From NCBI GenBank assembly GCA_964247055.1, contig OZ176052.1:4402001-4466000 (forward strand): DNA of 64,000 nucleotides, read 5' to 3'. Of this stretch, positions 13,253 through 28,400 are shown one piece after another. How positions within the stretch are numbered: position 1 is the first letter of the stretch; every line of letters starts with the position of its first letter. This DNA is from Paragordius varius (Eukaryota > Animalia > Nematomorpha). The notes beneath the pieces are model-generated. The model searched no databases. It worked only from the letters and a program-made list of their open reading frames with translations, and had not been told where the DNA came from. The position numbers were made by a program, and so were the translations under genes.

Positions 13253-13326
13253 TAAGGTTACCATATCTCATTATTATATGTGATTATGATTAAAATTTAT
13301 TATTTTTGTATGATATAGTGACCCTA
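13253..13326. mobile_element. Possible ~74-bp hAT-Blackjack-like mini element
   Basis: taaggttaccatatc ... gatatagtgacccta resembles the TAGGGTGACCATAT-type TIR pair. No TSD seen. Confidence 0.35.
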
Positions 13327-13456
13327 ATTTTGGGGTTAACTATGGATAAGAAAACATTAAATAAATATATATATATAATGACAATTTTATTAATCAATTG
13401 AGATAGGTGTATGAAAAGCAAAATGCGTTATAGCATTAGATGTTTTTAGTGTAATG

Positions 13457-16400
13457 ACGAAACCACGCATCAGTATTAGGATAGATAGAGTTTATATCCA
13501 TTGTTTTGAGTGTGAAATAATTTGAAACAGTTTTACCGGACGGTTTAATATTAGACTTGGCTGATTTGATGCAACTGTCTTATTAGATTTTCCCATTATT
13601 CTGTTTTACATCCATCCGTCACCGAAACCGCCAAGAAACAGTATTTGGATAGATAGAGTGTATGTCGGTTGTTTTGGGTATCGAAACAGATTTTGCCGGA
13701 CAGTTTAATGTTAGACTTGGCTAAATTGATGCAACTGTCTTATTAGATTTTCCCATTATTCTGTTTTATATCCATCCGTCACCGTAACCGCCAAGAAACA
13801 GTATTAGGATAGATAGAGTGTATGTCGGTTGTTTTGGATGTGAACCAATTTGAAACAGATTTTGCCGGACAGTTTAATGTTAGACTTGGCTAAATTGATG
13901 CAACTGTGTTATTAGATTTTACCATTATTCTGTTTTACATCCATCCGGCACCGAAACCCTACGAATCAGTATCAGGATAGATAGAGTGTATGTCGGTTGT
14001 TTTGGATGTGAACCAATTTGAAACAGATTTTGCCGGACAGTTTAATGTTAGACTTGGCTAAATTGATGCAACTGTGTTATTAGATTTTACCATTATTCTG
14101 TTTTACATCCATCCGTCACTGAAACCGCCAAGAAACAGTATTAGGATAGATAGAGTGTATGTCGGTTGTTTTGGATGTGAACCAATTTGAAACAGATTTT
14201 GCCGGACAGTTTAATGTTAGACTTGGCTAAATTGATGCAACTGTGTTATTAGATTTTACCATTATTCTGTTTTGCATCCATCCGTCACCGAAACCGCTAC
14301 GAATCAGTATCAGGATAGATAGAGTGTATGTCGGTTGTTTTGGGTGTGGACTAATTTGAAACAGATTTTGCCGGACGGTTTAATGCTAGACTTGGCTAAA
14401 TTGATGCAACTGTGTTAATAGATTTTTCCATTATTCTGTTTTACATCCATCTGTCACTGAAACCGCCAAGAAACAGTATTAGGATAGATAGAGTGTATAT
14501 CGGTTGTTTTGGATGTGAACCAATTCGAAACAGATTTTGCCAGACGGTTTAATATTAGACTTGGCTGAATTGATGCAACTGTGTTATTAGATTTTTAAAT
14601 TATTCTGTTTGACCATCCGTCACCGAAACCGCTACGAATCAGCATCAGGATAGATAGAGTGTATGTCGGTTGTTTTGGGTGTGAACTAATTCGAAACAGA
14701 TTTTGCCGGACGGTTTAATTTTAGACTTGGAATTGATGCAACTGTGTTATTAGATTTTCCCATTATTCTGTTTTACATCCATCCGTCACCGAAACCGCTA
14801 CGAATCAGTATCAGGATAGATAGAGTGTATGTCGGCTGTTTTGGATGTGAACTAACTTGAAACAGATTTTGCCGGACAGTTTAATGTTAGACTTGGCTAA
14901 ATTGATGCAACTGTGTTATTAGATTTTTCCATTATTCTGTTTTACATCCATCCGTCACCGAAACCGCTACGAATCAGTATCAGGATAGATAGAGTGTATG
15001 TCGGTTGTTTTGGATGTGAACCAATTCGAAACAGATTTTGCCGGACAGTTTAATGTTAGACTTTGCTAAATTGATGCAACTGTGTTAGTAGATTTTTCCA
15101 TTATTCTGTTTTACATCCATCCGTCACCGAAACCGCTACGAATCAGTATCAGGATAGATAGAGTGTATGTCGGTTGTTTTGGATGTGAACCAATTCGAAA
15201 CAGATTTTGCCGGACAGTTTAATGTTAGACTTTGCTAAATTGATGCAACTGTGTTAGTAGATTTTTCCATTATTCTGTTTTACATCCATCCGTCACTGAA
15301 ACCGCCAAGAAACAGTATTAGGATAGATAGAGTGTATGTCGGTTGTTTTGGATGTGAACCAATTTGAAACAGATTTTGCCGGACAGTTTAATGTTAGACT
15401 TGGGTAAATTGATGCAACTGTGTTATTATATTTTACCATTATTCTGTTTTACATCCATCCGTCACTGAAACCGCCAAGAAACAGTATTAGGATAGATATA
15501 GTGTATATCGGTTGTTTTGGATGTGAAACAATTCAAAACAGATTTTGCCGGACGGTTTAATATTAGACTTGGCTGAATTGATGCAACTGTGTTATTAGAT
15601 TTTTAAATTATTCTGTTTTACATCCATCCGTCACCGAAACCGCTACGAATCAGTATCAGGCTAGATAGAGTGTATGTCGGTTGTTTTGGATGTGAACCAA
15701 CTTGAAACAGATTTTGCCGGACAGTTTAATGTTAGACTTGGCTAAATTGATGCAACTGTGTTATTAGATTTTACCATTATTCTGTTTTACATCCATCCGT
15801 CACTGAAACCGCCAAGAAACAGTATTAGGATAGATAGAGTGTATATCGGTTGTTTTGGATGTGAACCAATTCGAAACAGATTTTGCCGGACGGTTTAATA
15901 TTAGACTTGGCTGAATTCATGCAACTGTGTTATTAGATTTTTAAATTATTCTGTTTTACATCCATCCGTCACCGAAACCGCTACGAATCAGTATCAGGCT
16001 AGATAGAGTGTATGTCGGTTGTTTTGGGTGTGAACTAATTCGAAACAGATTTTGCCGGACGGTTTAATTTTAGACTTGGCTAAATTGATGCAACTGTGTT
16101 ATTAGATTTTTCCATTATTCTGTTTTACATCCATCCGTCACCGAAACCGCTACGAATCAGTATCATGATAGATAGAGTGTATGTCGGCTGTTTTGGATGT
16201 GAACTAACTTGAAACAGATTTTGCCGGACAGTTTAATGTTAGACTTGGCTAAATTGATGCAACTGTGTTATTAGATTTTTCTATCTATCTGTTTTACATC
16301 CATCCGTCACCGAAACCGCTACGAATCAGTATCAGGATAGATAGAGTGTATGTCGGTTGTTTTGGATGTGAACCAATTCGAAACAGATTTTGCCGGACAG

Positions 16401-19400
16401 TTTAATGTTAGACTTTGCTAAATTGATGCAACTGTGTTGGTAGATTTTTCCATTATTCTGTTTTACATCCATCCGTCACCGAAACCGCTACGAATCAGTA
16501 TCAGGATAGATAGAGTGTATGTCGGCTGTTTTGGATGTGAACCAATTCGAAACAGATTTCGCCGGACAGTTTAATGTTAGACTTTGCTAAATTGATGGAA
16601 CTGTGTTAGTAGATTTTTCCATTATTCTGTTTTACATCCATCCGTCACTGAAACCGCCAAGAAACAGTATTAGGATAGATAGAGTGTATATCGGTTGTTT
16701 TGGATGTGAACCAATTCGAAACAGATTTTGCCGGACAGTTTAATGTTAGACTTTGCTAAATTGATGCAACTGTGTTGGTAGATTTTTCCATTATTCTGTT
16801 TTACATCCATCCGTCACCGAAACCGCTACGAATCAGTATCAGGATAGATTGAGTGTATGTCGGTTGTTTTGGGTGTGAACTAATTCGAAACAGATGTTGC
16901 CGGACGGTTTAATTTTAGACTTGGCTAAATTGATGCAACTGTGTTATTAGATTTTTCCATTATTCTGTTTTACATCCATCCGTCACCGAAACCGCTACGA
17001 ATCAGTATCAGGATAGATAGAGTGTATGTCGGTTGTTTTGGATGTGAACCAATTCGAAACAGATTTTGCCGGACAGTTTAATGTTAGATTTTGCTAAATT
17101 GATGCAACTGTGTTAGTAGATTTTTCCATTATTCTGTTTTACATCCATCCGTCACTGAAACCGCCAAGAAACAGTATTAGGATAGATAGAGTGTATGTCG
17201 GTTGTTTTGGATGTGAACCAATTTGAAACAGATTTTGCCGGACAGTTTAATGTTAGACTTGGCTAAATTGATGCAACTGTGTTATTAGATTTTACCATTA
17301 TTCTGTTTTACATCCATCCGTCACCGAAACCGCTACGAATCAGTATCAGGATAGATAGAGTGTATGTCGGTTGTTTTGGGTGTGAACTAATTCGAAACAG
17401 ATTTTGCCGGACAGTTTAATGTTAGACTTGGCTAAATTGATGCAACTGTGTTATTAGATTTTATCATTATTCTGTACATCCATCCGTCACTGAAACCGCC
17501 AAGAAACAGTATTAGGATAGATAGAGTGTATGTCGGTTGTTTTGGATGTGAACCAATTCGAAACAGATTTTGCCGGACAGTTTAATGTTAGACTTTGCTA
17601 AATTGATGCAACTGTGCTAGTAGATTTTTCCATTATTCTGTTTTACATCCATCCGTCACTGAAACCGCCAAGAAACAGTATTAGGATAGATATAGTGTAT
17701 ATCGGTTGTTTTGGATGTGAAACAATTCGAAACAGATTTTGCCGGACGGTTTAATATTAGACTTGGCTGAATTGATGCAACTGTGTTATTAGATTTTTAA
17801 ATTATTCTGTTTTACATCCATCCGTCACCGAAACCGCTACGAATCAGTATCAGGCTAGATAGAGTGTATGTCGGTTGTTTTGGATGTGAACCAACTTGAA
17901 ACAGATTTTGCCGGACAGTTTAATGTTAGACTTGGCTAAATTGATGCAACTGTGTTATTAGATTTTTCCATTATTCTGTTTTACATCCATCCGTCACCGA
18001 AACCGCTACGAATCAGTATCAGGATAGATAGAGTGTATGTCGGCTGTTTTGGATGTGAACTAACTTGAAACAGATTTTGCCGGACAGTTTAATGTTAGAC
18101 TTGGCTAAATTGATGCAACTGTGTTATTAGATTTTACCATTATTCTGTTTTACATCCATCCGTCACTGAAACCGCCAAGAAACAGTATTAGGATAGATAG
18201 AGTGTATATCGGTTGTTTTGGATGTGAACCAATTCGAAACAGATTTTGCCGGACGGTTTAATATTAGACTTGGCTGAATTGATGCAACTGTGTTATTAGA
18301 TTTTTAAATTATTCTGTTTTACATCCATCCGTCACCGAAACCGCTACGAATCAGTATCAGGCTAGATAGAGTGTATGTCGGTTGTTTTGGCTGTGAACTA
18401 ATTCGAAACAGATTTTGCCGGACGGTTTAATTTTAGACTTGGCTAAATTGATGCAACTGTGTTATTAGATTTTTCCATTATTCTGTTTTACATCCATCCG
18501 TCACCGAAACCGCTACGAATCAGTATCAGGATAGATAGAGTGTATGTCGGCTGTTTTGGATGTGAACTAACTTGAAACAGATTTTGCCGGACAGTTTAAT
18601 GTTAGACTTGGCTAAATTGATGCAACTGTGTTATTAGATTTTTCCATTATTCTGTTTTACATCCATCCGTCACCGAAACCGCTACGAATCAGTATCAGGA
18701 TAGATAGAGTGTATGTCGGCTGTTTTGGATGTGAACTAACATGAAACAGATTTTGCCGGACAGTTTAATGTTAGACTTGGCTAAATTGATGCAACCGTGT
18801 TATTAGATTTTACCATTATTCTGTTTTACATCCATCCGTCACTGAAACCGCCAAGAAACAGTATTAGGATAGATAAAGTGTATGTCGGTTGTTTTGGATG
18901 TGAACCAATTTGAAACAGATTTTGCCGGACAGTTTAATGTTAGACTTGGCTAAATTGATGCAACTGTGTTATTAGATTTTTCTATCTATCTGTTTTACAT
19001 CCATCCGTCACCGAAACCGCTACGAATCAGTATCAGGATAGATAGAGTGTATGTCGGCTGTTTTGGATGTGAACTAACTTGAAACAGATTTTGCCGGACA
19101 GTTTAATGTTAGACTTGGCTAAATTGATGCAACTGTGTTATTAGATTTTTCCATTATTCTGTTTTACATCTATCCGTCACCGAAACCGCTACGAATCAGT
19201 ATCAGGATAGATAGAGTGTATGTCGGCTGTTTTGGATGTGAACTAACATGAAACAGATTTTGCCGGACAGTTTAATGTTAGACTTGGCTAAATTGATGCA
19301 ACTGTGTTATTAGATTTTTCCATTATTCTGTTTTACATCCATCCGTCACCGAAACCGCTACGAATCAGTATCAGGATAGATAGAGTGTATGTCGGCTGTT

Positions 19401-22400
19401 TTGGATGTGAACTAACATGAAACAGATTTTGCCGGACAGTTTAATGTTAGACTTGGCTAAATTGATGCAACTGTGTTATTAGATTTTTCCATTATTCTGT
19501 TTTAATTCCATCCGTCACCGAAACCGCTACGAATCAGTATCAGGATAGATAGAGTGTATGTCGGCTGTTTTGGATGTGAACTAACTTGAAACAGATTTTG
19601 CCGGACAGTTTAATGTTAGACTTGGCTAAATTGATGCAACTGTGTTATTAGATTTTTCTATCTATCTGTTTTACATCCATCCGTCACCGAAACCGCTACG
19701 AATCAGTATCAGATAGATATAGTGTATGTCGGTTGTTTTGGATGTGAACCAATTCGAAACAGATTTTGCCGGACAGTTTAATGTTAGACTTTGCTAAATT
19801 GATGCAACTGTGTTGGTAGATTTTTCCATTATTCTGTTTTACATCCATCCGTCACCGAAACCGCTACGAATCAGTATCAGGATAGATAGAGTGTATGTCG
19901 GTTGTTTTGGATGTGAACCAATTCGAAACAGATTTCGCCGGACAGTTTAATGTTAGACTTTGCTAAATTGATGCAACTGTGTTAGTAGATTTTTCCATTA
20001 TTCTGTTTTACATCCATCCGTCACTGAAACCGCCAAGAAACAGTATTAGGATAGATAGAGTGTATATCGGTTGTTTTGGATGTGAACCAATTTGAAACAG
20101 ATTTTGCCGGACAGTTTAATGTTAGACTTGGCTAAATTGATGCAACTGTGTTATTAGATTTTACCATTATTCTGTTTTACATCCATCCGTCACCGAAACC
20201 GCTACGAATCAGTATCAGGATAGATTGAGTGTATGTCGGTTGTTTTGGGTGTGAACTAATTCGAAACAGATGTTGCCGGACGGTTTAATTTTAGACTTGG
20301 CTAAATTGATGCAACTGTGTTATTAGATTTTTCCATTATTCTGTTTTACATCCATCCGTCACCGAAACCGCTACGAATCAGTATCAGGATAGATAGAGTG
20401 TATGTCGGTTGTTTTGGATGTGAACCAATTCGAAACAGATTTTGCCGGACAGTTTAATGTTAGATTTTGCTAAATTGATGCAACTGTGTTAGTAGATTTT
20501 TCCATTATTCTGTTTTACATCCATCCGTCACTGAAACCGCCAAGAAACAGTATTAGGATAGATAGAGTGTATGTCGGTTGTTTTGGATGTGAACCAATTT
20601 GAAACAGATTTTGCCGGACAGTTTAATGTTAGACTTGGCTAAATTGATGCAACTGTGTTATTAGATTTTACCATTATTCTGTTTTACATCCATCCGTCAC
20701 CGAAACCGCTACGAATCAGTATCAGGATAGATAGAGTGTATGTCGGTTGTTTTGGGTGTGAACTAATTCGAAACAGATTTTGCCGGACAGTTTAATGTTA
20801 GACTTGGCTAAATTGATGCAACTGTGTTATTAGATTTTATCATTATTCTGTACATCCATCCGTCACTGAAACCGCCAAGAAACAGTATTAGGATAGATAG
20901 AGTGTATGTCGGTTGTTTTGGATGTGAACTAATTCGAAACAGATTTTGCCGGACAGTTTAATGTTAGACTTGGCTAAATTGATGCAACTGTGTTAGTAGA
21001 TTTTTCCATTATTCTGTTTTACATCCATCCGTCACTGAAACCGCCAAGAAACAGTATTAGGATAGATATAGTGTATATCGGTTGTTTTGGATGTGAAACA
21101 ATTCGAAACAGATTTTGCCGGACGGTTTAATATTAGACTTGGCTGAATTGATGCAACTGTGTTATTAGATTTTTAAATTATTCTGTTTTACATCCATCCG
21201 TCACCGAAACCGCTACGAATCAGTATCAGGCTAGATAGAGTGTATGTCGGTTGTTTTGGATGTGAACCAACTTGAAACAGATTTTGCCGGACAGTTTAAT
21301 GTTAGACTTGGCTAAATTGATGCAACTGTGTTATTAGATTTTTCCATTATTCTGTTTTACATCCATCCGTCACCGAAACCGCTACGAATCAGTATCAGGA
21401 TAGATAGAGTGTATGTCGGCTGTTTTGGATGTGAACTAACTTGAAACAGATTTTGCCGGACAGTTTAATGTTAGACTTGGCTAAATTGATGCAACTGTGT
21501 TATTAGATTTTACCATTATTCTGTTTTACATCCATCCGTCACTGAAACCGCCAAGAAACAGTATTAGGATAGATAGAGTGTATATCGGTTGTTTTGGATG
21601 TGAACCAATTCGAAACAGATTTTGCCGGACGGTTTAATATTAGACTTGGCTGAATTGATGCAACTGTGTTATTAGATTTTTAAATTATTCTGTTTTACAT
21701 CCATCCGTCACCGAAACCGCTACGAATCAGTATCAGGCTAGATAGAGTGTATGTCGGTTGTTTTTGTGAACTAATTCGAAACAGATTTTGCCGGACGGTT
21801 TAATTTTAGACTTGGCTAAATTGATACAACTGTGTTATTAGATTTTTCCATTATTCTGTTTTACATCCATCCGTCACCGAAACCGCTACGAATCAGTATC
21901 AGGATAGATTGAGTGTATGTCGGTTGTTTTGGGTGTGAACTAATTCGAAACAGATGTTGCCGGACGGTTTAATTTTAGACTTGGCTAAATTGATGCAACT
22001 GTGTTATTAGATTTTTCCATTATTCTGTTTTACATCCATCCGTCACCGAAACCGCTACGAATCAGTATCAGGATAGATAGAGTGTATGTCGGTTGTTTTG
22101 GATGTGAACCAATTCGAAACAGATTTTGCCGGACAGTTTAATGTTAGATTTTGCTAAATTGATGCAACTGTGTTAGTAGATTTTTCCATTATTCTGTTTT
22201 ACATCCATCCGTCACTGAAACCGCCAAGAAACAGTATTAGGATAGATAGAGTGTATGTCGGTTGTTTTGGATGTGAACCAATTTGAAACAGATTTTGCCG
22301 GACAGTTTAATGTTAGACTTGGCTAAATTGATGCAACTGTGTTATTAGATTTTACCATTATTCTGTTTTACATCCATCCGTCACCGAAACCGCTACGAAT

Positions 22401-25400
22401 CAGTATCAGGATAGATAGAGTGTATGTCGGTTGTTTTGGGTGTGAACTAATTCGAAACAGATTTTGCCGGACAGTTTAATGTTAGACTTGGCTAAATTGA
22501 TGCAACTGTGTTATTAGATTTTATCATTATTCTGTACATCCATCCGTCACTGAAACCGCCAAGAAACAGTATTAGGATAGATAGAGTGTATGTCGGTTGT
22601 TTTGGATGTGAACCAATTCGAAACAGATTTTGCCGGACAGTTTAATGTTAGACTTTGCTAAATTGATGCAACTGTGCTAGTAGATTTTTCCATTATTCTG
22701 TTTTACATCCATCCGTCACTGAAACCGCCAAGAAACAGTATTAGGATAGATATAGTGTATATCGGTTGTTTTGGATGTGAAACAATTCGAAACAGATTTT
22801 GCCGGACGGTTTAATATTAGACTTGGCTGAATTGATGCAACTGTGTTATTAGATTTTTAAATTATTCTGTTTTACATCCATCCGTCACCGAAACCGCTAC
22901 GAATCAGTATCAGGCTAGATAGAGTGTATGTCGGTTGTTTTGGATGTGAACCAACTTGAAACAGATTTTGCCGGACAGTTTAATGTTAGACTTGGCTAAA
23001 TTGATGCAACTGTGTTATTAGATTTTTCCATTATTCTGTTTTACATCCATCCGTCACCGAAACCGCTACGAATCAGTATCAGGATAGATAGAGTGTATGT
23101 CGGCTGTTTTGGATGTGAACTAACTTGAAACAGATTTTGCCGGACAGTTTAATGTTAGACTTGGCTAAATTGATGCAACTGTGTTATTAGATTTTACCAT
23201 TATTCTGTTTTACATCCATCCGTCACTGAAACCGCCAAGAAACAGTATTAGGATAGATAGAGTGTATATCGGTTGTTTTGGATGTGAACCAATTCGAAAC
23301 AGATTTTGCCGGACGGTTTAATATTAGACTTGGCTGAATTGATGCAACTGTGTTATTAGATTTTTAAATTATTCTGTTTTACATCCATCCGTCACCGAAA
23401 CCGCTACGAATCAGTATCAGGCTAGATAGAGTGTATGTCGGTTGTTTTGGCTGTGAACTAATTCGAAACAGATTTTGCCGGACGGTTTAATTTTAGACTT
23501 GGCTAAATTGATGCAACTGTGTTATTAGATTTTTCCATTATTCTGTTTTACATCCATCCGTCACCGAAACCGCTACGAATCAGTATCAGGATAGATAGAG
23601 TGTATGTCGGCTGTTTTGGATGTGAACTAACTTGAAACAGATTTTGCCGGACAGTTTAATGTTAGACTTGGCTAAATTGATGCAACTGTGTTATTAGATT
23701 TTTCCATTATTCTGTTTTACATCCATCCGTCACCGAAACCGCTACGAATCAGTATCAGGATAGATAGAGTGTATGTCGGCTGTTTTGGATGTGAACTAAC
23801 ATGAAACAGATTTTGCCGGACAGTTTAATGTTAGACTTGGCTAAATTGATGCAACCGTGTTATTAGATTTTACCATTATTCTGTTTTACATCCATCCGTC
23901 ACTGAAACCGCCAAGAAACAGTATTAGGATAGATAAAGTGTATGTCGGTTGTTTTGGATGTGAACCAATTTGAAACAGATTTTGCCGGACAGTTTAATGT
24001 TAGACTTGGCTAAATTGATGCAACTGTGTTATTAGATTTTACCATTATTCTGTTTTACATCCATCCGTCACTGAAACAGCCAAGAAACAGTATTAGGATA
24101 GATAAAGTGTATGTCGGTTGTTTTGGATGTGAACCAATTCGAAACAGATTTTGCCGGACGGTTTAATATTAGTTGGCTGAATTGATGCAACTGTGTTATT
24201 AGATTTTTAAATTATTCTGTTTTACATCCATCCGTCACCGAAACCGCTACGAATCAGTATCAGGCTAGATAGAGTGTATGTCGGTTGTTTTGGGTGTGTA
24301 CTAATTCGAAACAGATTTTGCCGGACGGTTTAATTTTAGACTTGGCTAAATTGATGCAACTGTGTTATTAGATTTTTCCATTATTCTGTTTTACATCCAT
24401 CCGTCACCGAAACCGCTACGAATCAGTATCAGGATAGATAGAGTGTATGTCGGCTGTTTTGGATGTGAACTAACTTGAAACAGATTTTGCCGGACAGTTT
24501 AATGTTAGACTTGGCTAAATTGATGCAACTGTGTTATTAGATTTTACCATTATTCTGTTTTACATCCATCCGTCACTGAAACCGCCAAGAAACAGTATTA
24601 GGATAGATAAAGTGTATGTCGGTTGTTTTGGATGTGAACCAATTTGAAACAGATTTTGCCGGACGGTTTAATTTTAGACTTGGCTAAATTGATGCAACTG
24701 TGTTATTAGATTTTTCCATTATTCTGTTTTACATCCATCCGTCACCGAAACCGCTACGAATCAGTATCAGGATAGATAGAGTGTATGTCGGCTGTTTTGG
24801 ATGTGAACTAACTTGAAACAGATTTTGCCGGACAGTTTAATGTTAGACTTGGCTAAATTGATGCAACTGTGTTATTAGATTTTACCATTATTCTGTTTTA
24901 CATCCATCCGTCACTGAAACCGCCAAGAAACAGTATTAGGATAGATAAAGTGTATGTCGGTTGTTTTGCATGTGAACCAATTTGAAACAGATTTTGCCGG
25001 ACAGTTTAATGTTAGACTTGGCTAAATTGATGCAACTGTGTTATTAGATTTTTCCATTATTCTGTTTTACATCCATCCACCGAAACCGCTACGAATCAGT
25101 ATCAGGATAGATAGAGTGTATGTCGGCTGTTTTGGATGTGAACTAACTTGAAACAGATTTTGCCGGACAGTTTAATGTTAGACTTGGCTAAATTGATGCA
25201 ACTGTGTTATTAGATTTTACCATTATTCTGTTTTACATCCATCCGTCACTGAAACCGCCAAGAAACAGTATTAGGATAGATAAAGTGTATGTCGGTTGTT
25301 TTGGATGTGAACCAATTTGAAACAGATTTTGCCGGACAGTTTAATGTTAGACTTTGCTAAATTGATGCAACTGTGTTAGTAGATTTTTCCATTATTCTGT

Positions 25401-28400
25401 TTTACATCCATCCGTCACAGAAACCGCCAAGAAACAGTATTAGGATAGATAGAGTGTATATCGGTTGTTTTGGATGTGAACCAATTCAAAACAGATTTTG
25501 CCGGACAGTTTAATGTTGGACTTGGCTAAATTGATGCAACTGTGTTATTAGATTTTACCATTACTCTGTTTTACATCCATCCGTCACTGAAACCGCCAAG
25601 AAACAGTATCAGGATAGATAGAGTGTATGTCGGTTGTTTTGGGTGTGAACTAACTTGAAACAGATTTTGCCGGACAGTTTAATGTTAGACTTGGCTAAAT
25701 TGATGCAACTGTGTTATTAGATTTTACCATTAATCTGTTTTACATCCATCCGTCACTGAAACCGCCAAGAAACAGTATTAGGATAGATAAAGTGTATGTC
25801 GGTTGTTTTGGATGTGAACCAATTTGAAACAGATTTTGCCGGACGGTTTAATTTTAGACTAGGCTAAATTGATGCAACTGTGTTATTAGATTTTTCCATT
25901 ATTCTGTTTTACATCCATCCGTCACCGAAACCGCTACGAATCAGTATCAGGATAGATAGAGTGTATGTCGGCTGTTTTGGATGTGAACTAACTTGAAACA
26001 GATTTTGCCGGACAGTTTAATATTAGACTTGGCTAAATTGATGCAACTGTGTTATTAGATTTTACCATTATTCTGTTTTACATCCATCCGTCACTGAAAC
26101 CGCCAAGAAACAGTATTAGGATAGATAAAGTGTATGTCGGTTGTTTTGGATGTGAACCAATTTGAAACAGATTTTGCCGGACGGTTTAATTTTAGACTTG
26201 GCTAAATTGATGCAACTGTGTTATTAGATTTTTCCATTATTCTGTTTTACATCCATCCGTCACCGAAACCGCTACGAATCAGTATCAGGATAGATAGAGT
26301 GTATGTCGGCTGTTTTGGTTGTGAACTAACTTGAAACAGATTTTGCCGGACAGTTTAATGTTAGACTTGGCTAAATTGATGCAACTGTGTTATTAGATTT
26401 TACCATTATTCTGTTTTACATCCATCCGTCACTGAAACCGCCAAGAAACAGTATTAGGATAGATAAAGTGTATGTCGGTTGTTTTGCATGTGAACCAATT
26501 TGAAACAGATTTTGCCGGACAGTTTAATGTTAGACTTGGCTAAATTGATGCAACTGTGTTATTAGATTTTTCCATTATTCTGTTTTACATCCATCCGTCA
26601 CCGAAACCGCTACGAATCAGTATCAGGATAGATAGAGTGTATGTCGGCTGTTTTGGATGTGAACTAACTTGAAACAGATTTTGCCGGACAGTTTAATGTT
26701 AGACTTGGCTAAATTGATGCAACTGTGTTATTAGATTTTACCATTATTCTGTTTTACATCCATCCGTCACTGAAACCGCCAAGAAACAGTATTAGGATAG
26801 ATAAAGTGTATGTCGGTTGTTTTGGATGTGAACCAATTTGAAACAGATTTTGCCGGACAGTTTAATGTTAGACTTTGCTAAATTGATGCAACTGTGTTAG
26901 TAGATTTTTCCATTATTCTGTTTTACATCCATCCGTCACAAAAACCGCCAAGAAACAGTATTAGGATAGATAGAGTGTATATCGGTTGTTTTGGATGTGA
27001 ACCAATTCGAAACAGATTTTGCCGGACAGTTTAATGTTAGACTTGGCTAAATTGATGCAACTGTGTTATTAGATTTTACCATTATTCTGTTTTACATCCA
27101 TCCGTCACTGAAACCGCCAAGAAACAGTATTAGGATAGATAAAGTGTATGTCGGTTGTTTTGGATGTGAACCAATTTGAAACAGATTTTGCCGGACAGTT
27201 TAATGTTAGACTTTGCTAAATTGATGCAACTGTGTTAGTAGATTTTTCCATTATTCTGTTTTACATCCATCCGTCACTGAAACCGCCAAGAAACAGTATT
27301 AGGATAGATAGAGTGTATATCGGTTGTTTTGGATGTGAACCAATTCGAAACAGATTTTGCCGGACGGTTTAATATTAGACTTGGCTGAATTGATGCAACT
27401 GTGTTATTAGATTTTTAAATTATTCTGTTTTACATCCATCCGTCACCGAAACCGCTACGAATCAGTATCAGGCTAGATAGAGTGTATGTCGGTTGTTTTG
27501 GCTGTGAACTAATTCGAAACAGATTTTGCCGGACGGTTTAATTTTAGACTTGGCTAAATTGATGCAACTGTGTTATTAGATTTTTCCATTATTCTGTTTT
27601 ACATCCATCCGTCACCGAAACCGCTACGAATCAGTATTAGGATAGATAGAGTGTATATTGGTTGTTTTGGATGTGAACCAATTCGAAACAGATTTTGCCG
27701 GACGGTTTAATATTAGACTTGGCTGAATTGATGCAACTGTGTTATTAGATTTTTAAATTATTCTGTTTTACATCCATCCGTCACCGAAACCGCTACGAAT
27801 CAGTATCAGGCTAGATAGAGTGTATGTCGGCTGTTTTGGATGTGAACTAACTTGAAACAGATTTTGCCGGACAGTTTAATGTTAGACTTGGCTAAATTGA
27901 TGCAACTGTGTTATTAGATTTTACCATTATTCTGTTTTACATCCATCCGTCACTGAAACCGCCAAGAAACAGTATTAGGATAGATAAAGTGTATGTCGGT
28001 TGTTTTGGATGTGAACCAATTTGAAACAGATTTTGCCGGACAGTTTAATGTTAGACTTGGCTAAATTGATGCAACTGTGTTATTAGATTTTTCCATTATT
28101 CTGTTTTACATCCATCCGTCACCGAAACCGCTACGAATCAGTATCAGGATAGATAGAGTGTATGTCGGCTGTTTTGGATGTGAACTAACTTGAAACAGAT
28201 TTTGCCGGACAGTTTAATGTTAGACTTGGCTAAATTGATGCAACTGTGTTATTAGATTTTACCATTATTCTGTTTTACATCCATCCGTCACTGAAACCGC
28301 CAAGAAACAGTATTAGGATAGATAAAGTGTATGTCGGTTGTTTTGGATGTGAACCAATTAGAAACAGATTTTGCCGGACAGTTTAATGTTAGACTTGGCT

